Below, in pieces: positions 55,046 through 64,000 of a DNA stretch of 64,000 bases. The stretch's first letter is position 1, and each line of letters begins with the position of its first letter. The DNA lies in assembly GCA_016748015.1 (NCBI GenBank), contig JAAOMT010000294.1, positions 350,541-414,540 on the forward strand. The letters are read 5' to 3'. The DNA is from Geosiphon pyriformis uo1. Taxonomy: Eukaryota > Fungi > Glomeromycota. Made by a program: the position numbers and the translations under genes. Below the pieces are notes generated by a model. That model did not search any database, had not been told where the DNA came from, and worked only from the letters and a program-made list of their open reading frames with translations.

Positions 55046-56483
55046 TTTTCAATGATCCTTCATTAGCTGCTAAATTGTTTTTTCTTTATATCCTTTTATT
55101 CCTGAATATTTTTCTTTTCCTTAGATTTCAAATTCCATTTTTCTGTATTGTAAAAAATGAATTCGTTACTGACTATCACAACCGAGGGTCTTTAGTGCAT
55201 TACTGAAAGGCGTATCATAGAAAAGAAAATAAGGAATAAAATTTTCATTAGCAATTAGTTTACTCAATCCTGATATCGTCCAAACCTATTTTTCAAAACC
55301 TAATTTCTCTTAAAGATAATCAATCAATTTTGTATATAATTTAATAAATATGATGCGTGATATTTGACTTTGTTTTTGATGAAATTTCAGCTGACAGGGA
55401 GTCCAATAACAATATCTTTAAAAATTAACTCCATATTGTCGGAGATGATTGATTGTTTATTCATTCCTAAAGACTAGAACTAAATCAACTCCTACAGGCC
55501 TAGGATCTAATTTAAGCGTTGGTCAATATGTTCGTCCGCAAGGGACAACCTTGAAAAGCTTTTCGATAGTAAATCGTCGACTGATGACTGATCACTTATT
55601 ATAAAGTTGGCCAGCGAAAGTTTAGAATCCGAAAAATTTAAGTCAACTGTTACCTATGACTCAGCAGCGAGATAAGCAGAATTACTTGATCTTTTCTGTT
55701 TTATAAAGAATGATTGGCAATTAAAATTCTACTTAGCGACTTGATCTCCAATATTTATGTTTTACATATATGTGGTGACTACCTGATAAACTTGTTTTCT
55801 CTTATGTTTGAATGCTGAAACTAAATAAATAAGCAAAATGTATGTGGTCTAGTGCAATTCTTCAATACCGGTGTTTTAATCTTTTTTTTATTTTTACCTA
55901 AATAAAAGAACAACTTTAAAGATTTTCTACCAAACTGAGAAAATCAGTTTTTGAATATATATTGTCTACGTTATCTTGTATGAAAAAAATTATTTTTTGT
56001 ATTTAACCTTTTTAAGTTTCAAGTTTAATCATGCTAATTTTTCTACTCATAGCTAAGCGATATCTGACTTAAGATTTCTACAACTTTAGAGTGCTAAAAA
56101 AGCTTTGCACACAATGTACCTTTTTGAAATTGTTTATTGCCGGGGCATTTTTTATCATCAATCGGCTGATAACGATTTTTCACGCGAATTTTCTAAAGTT
56201 TTAAGCCTTTAAGCGCCGGTCTTGCCTATTTTAGAATGTATCGAGGTTCTCACTGAGCACAGGCAAACATACTAGTCATTAGTAGTTTATTTTTGATTAG
56301 TATATTTAAATAAATAAACGTTTTCGGGCTAATATCGATCCTAACTTGGGATGAAAATCTTGAATAACATCACTTGTGTTTGACCGCATTATTGCAAGCT
56401 TTCTTGCATCCCCCGAACCTTAATATTACACAATAATGATTTTTATTTCATAACTTTGAGATAAAAAGCATCAATATAAAAAA

Positions 56484-59400
56484 ATGGCGCATAAAAAAAA
56501 TACTAAAAGCTACACTCGCCTGCATGAATCAATGGAACACTTAGAAATCTCAATTGGTGAACCGGTTGGTTATATTTATTGTGGTCATAAGGAATTAAGA
56601 TTTCCTTTCTCAACAAATCTTTTGTATTTTCAAGAGTAAAAAAGATAAACCAGAAAATCCCATTGAAAACCTTGCTGAAAGAGTCCTTCGAAAAATAAAG
56701 AAAAAAGCACCTTTATCCACTGATGTATTCGCAAGAAATGGGGTGACCGAAATTGAATTGGAGAATCCTGATCGCATAGTGTACTTACTTGATGGGGAAG
56801 ATGCCTCGCTTTTCTATCGAATGAACGATTGGAAAACTAGCAATCCCAAAAAATCGCTTTTAGACATGATGGATGATTTTGGTAAAAAATCTTTCAAAAA
56901 TTTTCCAAGAAAAGTGAAATACCAAAAAAAATAAATTCACGCACCTCTCTAACTGGAAAATTTCTGGTTGCAGAAACTGATAAAAATTCAGATGCAATTG
57001 CTCGAATATTGTTTGATTACCCCTTTCCGGATTTTATTCTTAAGTATTCTGATGAAGAAGATGGACAAGAGTTATTGAAACGAATAAGAAAACGTCGAAA
57101 TTTCGAAACCTTGCTTTTAATGTCGGGTTTAGTAATAGAACATGAAGATGATATTGATCACAACAACACCTATGTAAAGATATGGGCACCATTCAACTTG
57201 TTATGTGAAGAAGCTCATAAATTGCGAATAAAAATGCCTTTAGATGTAAGTCGCTTAAGAGTTTCTGATGCATACTTCAAGTTTCTACATTCATGTTGGC
57301 CGGGTACACTTAGACCTCCAAATTACCAGACATCCAAATTAAAAGCTACGTGCCGCAATGTTTTGGATGTATAACTAGGCGATTTACGCGACAAATAGAT
57401 TTCCGAAAAGAATCAGCTGTATTCAAAAAAGAGAAATTGCGCCAGTACCGAGGTGCGGAAGCGAAGAAAAGATGGAGTGATATTGTGCTTACATTTTGGA
57501 CTGGCGCCAAAAGAAATTATTTGGTAAGCCACCTTTTTTCCTGATTTATTGCTAAAATAAACTTCTAAATTTATTTCCCTTCTAGACCCATCATATTATA
57601 ATAAACTCTAACCAAATTCAGATGGAAGGGCACGATGAAAATGGAAAGTCAGACTTACAAAAGCAAAGAATCAGATCATTGGCGATCAAGAAATTACTCA
57701 AAGAAGGCACTTATTCTGAGTTTTTCCCTCTTCATGATGGTCCACCGTACGAAGAGTCTGTTGATCAAAATCCAACCAATCTTCGTGCGAAACTTTTTAA
57801 AACTTGGGTGAAAAGTGTCTCAAATCAGCCTCTTGAAGACATTAGGGACTATTTTGGTGAAAGATTGACCCTCTATTTTGCATGGCTTGGTATCCAAATT
57901 TAGAATTTTTTGCTTCCTTTGTTTCATTCAAAGATTGTTTTTTAAAGGATCGTATTCATATCTGCTCTTCAGGGTTCTATACAACTTGGCTTACAGTTGC
58001 TGCAACACTGGGAATTATTACTGTTTTATATGGTTTAATTGAGACCGTAAGGTGATAAATACGTTTGTTCAGACAACGTTCTCGGAAGAAAAACTAGGCA
58101 TTAAAGATGTTTCATTTATAGGACAAATGGCTTCAGCCATGGTATTGAGGGTATATCTAAGATTTGGGACAATGCACTGACCTTTCCTTTTGCCCTTATA
58201 ATGTCTATTTGGGGTATATTCCAATTTGATCCTCGATTTGCTTTCAATAAATCACAGCCTTTATATTTAAACTGCCTATTTTCCCATTTCAGCTACATTT
58301 TTCTTAGAGACCTGGAAACGATACAATTCAGCGCTTGTTTATGATTGGGATACGTCTGATTTCGAAAAAGAGGTTCGTTAACTTACACTGAAATGTATTT
58401 TTTGGACTTTTATTAAAAGTGTTTTGCTCTGTTGAACTCACAGGAACAACCTAGGCCTGAATTTGTTGGAACTTGTAACTATTATTTGTAACCACTATAT
58501 TTTATTTGATTTAAGATTTTGTATATTGATATTCCTTTCATTCGTTCAGCCGTTCGTATTTCCCCTATCACTTTTAAAAAGGAAATACATTTTCCTTTCC
58601 CAGAAAGATTTAAAAAAGTTTTCATATCTACTACTGTTGTAGTTATTTCGGTAAGGATAACATATTACAAAGCCTAATTTTAAAATATTTATGTGCTAAG
58701 AAAACTCAACTTCTAGATTTGCATTGTTACTGTTACGATTGGTGTTCTCTTAAAATTTTCGAAAGTCTGGATTAAGGTTGGAATTTGGAGCAATGTTGTT
58801 ACTAGTTTAGTTAATTTGGCAACAGTCTTAATCTTGAACACGGTAGGCTTATTTTAATCTCTCTTGCCTTAGCACATTATAATTAATTGACTTGATATCT
58901 GTTGTAGTGTTATGGTAAAATTGCTGAATTCCTTACCAACTTTGAAAACCATAGGACCTCTACTAGTTATCAAGGTATATTTAAAATTTGTTGAAAACTT
59001 AGAGATATATATGGTGCATCTTTGCACTTGTATTTTAAATTCTCTAATTATGATTACTTTTCTGGTATTTAGACTCTCTTACTCTCAAAACATATTTGTT
59101 TGATTTTGTGAATTTTTATTCTGCTCTGTTTTACATACTTTTGTTTAAGAAGGTAAAAAAGAAATATAACTCTTTGTAGATTCCCTTGGTTTTTTCAACG
59201 TTTGAATTTTGAGACCACAAAAATTCTATTTAATACATTATTCAGCTTCTTCTCCGAGATGAAAACCAAGATGCTTGTGAATACCATAGCTGCATTACCG
59301 AATTGACCACTCAACTCGCTATTATCCTTATTGGTAAACAGACATTCGGACAAATCCAAGAAAATTTAATCCCGTAAGTTTCAAAGTCTCGTTATTCGAA

Positions 59401-60467
59401 AACTGTTTTCTCGATTCAATATTTTAACATACATAATCAATGTTTTCCAATACATATTTATGAAAGATGGGCCCTGAGCAAATATCATAGAGCTTCTGCG
59501 GAACAGGAATATCAATTGCTTAAGCAAAAATATTCCGAATCTTCAAGACCATCCGGGGAAATTCCACAATGGGTAAATGATGCAAAATTGGTTGCAGTTC
59601 GCGATGAGGTTCATTCAGAATATCAGGAGATGGGTATTTATCTTGAGGTTCTAGATCCAGTTTTCTGATATTTCATCAATTTAATTAAAACTGATGGCCA
59701 AAATCTTTCATTCGGAAGTTGTTCAATATGGATTTATATCCTTGTTCACGGCAGCTTTCCCTCTGGCCCCTTTTTTTGCTTGGATAAATAACATATCCGA
59801 AATTAGAATGGATGCTCTCAAGGTATTCAAATACATTTTTCATTTCTATATATCCAGTAAATCTAAGTCGAATTATTTTGCAAAAACAGTTCATTCAATC
59901 GTTGCAAAGGCCTGTGGGATATCAAGCTCAAGATTTAGGGATGTGGGAACAAATTTTAAATTTCATTTCACTATTGGCTGTCATCACAAATGCAACAATA
60001 ATTGCGTTTCACTCGAATTGGATGCGCGACGTTTTCATGGATTATGTCGGTGATAACGAGGAGAAATTGCTTGCCGCCCGGCTTGGATTTATTATAGCCT
60101 TTGAAGTATTTCAAATTACAATTTAAACTCTATTCATTTAAAAGTTTCAAGGGAACGTTTTATTTATTAAAAACTTTTAAATTTAAAACAGCATTTCGTC
60201 TTCCTGATTAAGATTTTATTCGCCTATTTCATTCCCGATGTACCAAAATCCGTTCGAATCGCAATCGAACGGGAACGTTATATGGCACGTGTTGCACTTG
60301 AAGATTATGATCCAGCCGCTGATGAATTACCCGAATCACATATATGTGAGCATTTCTTCACGAAAGAAGGAGATCTTGTAATTCCCAAAAGCGACCCATT
60401 TCCTCCCGTAACAGTCATGCTACAGAATTTCCAAGATAAATCCACTAAACTTGCTTGTGATATGTGA
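56484..60467 (+). CDS. Anoctamin/TMEM16 (Ist2-like) Ca2+-activated scramblase or channel; many exons
   Basis: [85 protein letters not shown]...DLGMW, IPDVP; start exon inferred. Confidence 0.93.
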
Positions 60468-60989
60468 TGCAGCCCTGCAGAAAAGACAATAAAAAACAGG
60501 AACTTGATAATTTCCGGGATTTAGCATCGAATTGGATGTCCTTGTATTAAACATACAACATTATAAAAAACGGGAATTTCAAATTTTTTTGATTCGCTTT
60601 GAAGCTTTCATATTTTGTCTGAAAGACCATAAGAAGTACTTTAAGTTTAAAGTTATTCAAGTACATATATTTTTGGTAGGTTTTTCATATCTCGTATAAT
60701 TCTTTCACCTCTTTTCTCTAGGGCAACAAACTTTTGTATAATATTTCCATTTTCAAATTTATTGGCTTTGCTAGAAAAACGAAAAAAATAAATAAATGTA
60801 CCATTTTTTTAAAAACACAAACCATTAATCTAAAAAAAAATATAATGTTGCTGGGAAAAAAATCCAAGTTTTGATTATAACTAGCAGGCCTCATATCAGA
60901 CTGGAAAACTTTGTCTTGGAAAAATCCGTTGAGCAATAAAAATCTCGGCCTTATTTTATTTGTTTCAATATTTGTCACTTCTATACCAA

Positions 60990-61860
60990 CTCTAAGGAAA
61001 AGTTTTTCTAATATGTTTTAGGAGAATAGCAGCTTGAATTTGACAGGCATGGAGCTAAACAATTTAGGAAAAATTCTTGGTTTCAATTCTCGAATATTAG
61101 AGGGCTGAGGTTTAGGTTCGGAGTCTTGACTCAATAAGTTTCACCTTTTTGAGAGTGAAGAAACCTTACGTGTAATTTTTGCTGTATGAACTGGTGCATT
61201 ATCTTTTTGTAAGTTGTTAGTGATAGACAATTCCAGTAATTGAACCCTCCAATGGGCCTAAACCAATCAAACCTAAAACATGACTGAGGGACTATGCTTT
61301 ACAGTTAAATCAATTCAACCCTCATGATATTTTTCAGTTGGTGTTAGTCAAACTCGACCTCAACCAGATTTTGAAAATTGAGAAAGGGAAATTCATTTGA
61401 CCAAATTACTTTATTCCAGTCCAGCATCCAATTGTTGTATTTTTCAGTAAAAACAAGCCTTTACATCTTGTTTGCAACAGAAATAAATGGCTTTGGACGT
61501 GAAATACAAGAGCAATTCGTTTTTTAAAGCTTTCTCTTGAAACTTCTTAACCTTTAATTTGCTTTGAGAAAAGCTGATCAAACTAAATCGTCAGTATTCT
61601 ATATCTTGAAAAAGTGTTATTATTAATTTCTCATGCTTTAGATTGGGCAGCCTGGATCGTTTTGTTAGTGGAACTTTATTTGGGTGAGAACATTCTAAAT
61701 TCAACAATTTTCTCTTGTGTAGCACCAAATTCTTGACGTATAATAATGCTCTCTTTTGTTCAGAGTGATGTTTTTGGTAAGATTCATTTTGTGCGGTAAA
61801 AAGGGCTACTCGCGAGAAAATTTGAACCTTAAGAATTCGCCAATTATCCTGTTTTTAAAC
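60990..61860 (-). mobile_element. Degenerate Tc1/mariner element, same family as the 7.2-8.4 kb copy
   Basis: Minus strand SCISRPKPFISVANK, DWNKVIWSNE, KSG*GRV*, QKDNAPVHTAK; shares ttaggcccatt...ggttcaattactggaa with the 7.7 kb copy. Confidence 0.8.
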
Positions 61861-62157
61861 AAAATCACAACAGCTTCCATTGAGGCGTTCTCATTCATCC
61901 ATTTTGGTGTCAATTGACAAACCAAATATGGCAACATAAGATATTCAATATTTTTTGTCAACAGAACCAGGCTATTATCGAATTTTGAAAATGATGAAAC
62001 TAAAATTTTTTTTCTTGAAATAAATTAAATTTTAAATATTGTCTATTTTTATAATGACAAATCTGTACATTCAAATTTTAATTGACCAATTATATAACAT
62101 CAAATCTTACAAATGCCGACAAACCGTTCAATATTAGAAAAGTGTTTCAATCGCGTT

Positions 62158-63128
62158 TTAGGGTAGGTACATCGCGTCTCTATTGTACTCTGCATACTCA
62201 TTGGATTTACTGTTTCTTGAATTTTTAGCGAGTTTCATCCCGACTATTAAGGCCGAAGCAGGGAAAAATACTGCCAAAAATCCGATCATACCAACAGCAA
62301 TAAATGGACCAATTGAGTTCAGTACAAGTGACCTTCCTGGAAGTGCATCATCAACTTTTTTTTCATTTTCTATATCAGATTTAGTATTTGAGTTGGAATC
62401 AAAGGTTGACTTTGCTGTTGGCTTGGGTATTTTTTTCGGTGTCGGAGGATCAGAAAATGAGGAAGAGGGTGAATTTGTTTCAAAAATTGTGGTATTTGGT
62501 TTAATTGCGGTTTTTGTTGATGTTGGCTCAGATTTTGAGATTGAGGTTGATGATTTAGGTGAGGATTTTTTTGTGGATGATGTAGAATGTCGATTTTTCA
62601 AAATTTCTTCATCTTTAACAATTTCAAACTTTAGTTTTTCTCCATGGCTAGCTGGTTTCAAAATGGGTCCTGTTAGTTCTTGCGGAAGGGATTGATTATT
62701 TTTTGAATCATCAATGTGATAATTACTATGGTGATTTTTGTTTGAATTCTTTGAATGGGTGAGATGTATGAAAGTTCCAATCTTAAAGTCTTCCTTAGTA
62801 GCCTTATTATTATTATTTAAACCAGCTGAATTATCTTGTTTGTTTGTCTTCTTGCGTGTTGTTCCTATCGCTGATAAAAATTTTTGTTTCCAAGCAAAAA
62901 TAAGTATTTCTACAGATTTCAAAAATTCCAATCTGCTTTCTAAAGATAGAATTCTGTAGACTTACCATAAGAACTTGGCAATAAAATAAATAAATCTAAG
63001 ACTAATATGCAAAAGAAAAATGAGCACCAACCAGGGTGAATTTTTCTAGATCCAAAAACTTCCTCTCTCGTAAAGTTTATTTTTTTCTTCATAAGATTTT
63101 TGTCGTCGTTATTCTTTATATTAATCAT
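62158..63128 (-). CDS. Hypothetical cell-surface protein: N-terminal hydrophobic segment, S/T/K/N-rich region, C-terminal TM; 2 exons
   Basis: ORF 62940-63128 spliced at TATG|gtaagt (~62965) to ttttatcag|CG (~62871) in frame with ORF 62158-62931; TM IGPFIAVGMIGFLAVFFPASALIVGM. Confidence 0.7.
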
Positions 63129-64000
63129 TATCCTTTTTTCTACTAAAGAAATTACAAATTATCTTTTAAAATAATACTCTATTTTCCAGAAACCTGTTCT
63201 TCTATATAAAAAAAGTCTTCAAATTTCTATCAATTTATATTAATTGCCTAAAATTTCTTCTGGCATATCCTATCACGCAACAAAACTTTTCACGAATGTC
63301 TATCAAAAAATATTTTTACACAATATGCTCCGCAAACAATTTTGAAAATAAAACAAAAGTCAACACAATTTCGAGTACACAAATGCCCATGAAAAATTCA
63401 TGTTAGAATCAAACCAATTGCAGTTCTATACTTTATATGCTTTCTTTAGTTAATAGATCATCTCCGTACTTTTTTGACAAAAATATTTGCCTTTAATGTC
63501 CAAAGATGATAAGCAAAGCAGAATTTTTGAGGAGGTCCAATAAGAAGCTGATTTTTCAACAACTCGGTCATCAAATTGAAGGGGGTGATGCTCATCATTT
63601 TATGAGGCACATGAATTTTGAAAGGTACATAATATAATCTTTTGTTTTTGTTGGCAAACTATTTTGAAAAATTAAACCGAATTAGAAGATTAAGTGATCC
63701 CAATGTTTCATAATTATCTAATAAGATCATCAATTATCGGGGTAAAGTAGCCAAAAGTGGTGTTGATCTTCAAAGTTCATGTTTCAAGAATACGTAATGC
63801 AGAACTGGGCTTAGCATTTTCAGTTTCCTACATTTGTGTGCTTTACTCCGTTTCAAAAAAAAATTATGCAAGTGACTTTGGATTTTGATCGAAAAATTCA
63901 TCGATATGAAAGCACATCTTCAATCTGCGTAAAAATTCTGGAAAAACTTCAGAATCAAATCCTATTTTTAACCTGGTATCTACGTTATTTGGACAAACAA

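Noticed and set aside
53418-55055. Many overlapping alternative-frame and antisense ORFs in the G/N gene
   Set aside because: Shadows of the AAY/GGN-rich repeat codons, which lack stops in other frames
62183-62695. 170 aa plus-strand ORF
   Set aside because: Antisense shadow of the S/T/K-rich minus-strand gene
63420-64000. Possible decayed coding or TE sequence at the window end
   Set aside because: No recognisable motifs and truncated by the window edge

Overview
AT-rich eukaryotic genomic DNA with short GT-AG introns. The gene content (kinase-Sel1 fusion, secreted kelch proteins, Pho84 transporter, FAR1/MULE and Tc1 relics) points to an early-diverging fungus, most likely Glomeromycotina or another Mucoromycota (inference). 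There are 12 apparently intact genes: bacterial-type CAP/SCP protein, PHO84, orphan 7TM protein, FLVCR-like MFS transporter, large ectodomain+EDVPQ membrane protein, kelch membrane protein, SWIRM protein, pseudokinase-Sel1, PDI-family protein, secreted Gly/Asn repeat protein, anoctamin and a single-pass surface protein. There is also a kelch pseudogene and a 20-N gap. Not visible in the ORF track are two decayed Fanzor (eukaryotic TnpB-like RNA-guided nuclease) elements on the minus strand. One (about 45315-47930) is split by a ~1.3 kb insertion at RuvC-I; the other (about 39250-39790) keeps the C-terminus and a downstream omegaRNA-like hairpin. Other highlights are a secreted protein with 32 indel-free 13-residue NxGxxNGxxNGxx repeats (beta-solenoid candidate) and an inverted kelch gene pair with a gene-conversion-like tract. 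Exon and element boundaries were read by eye and are approximate.
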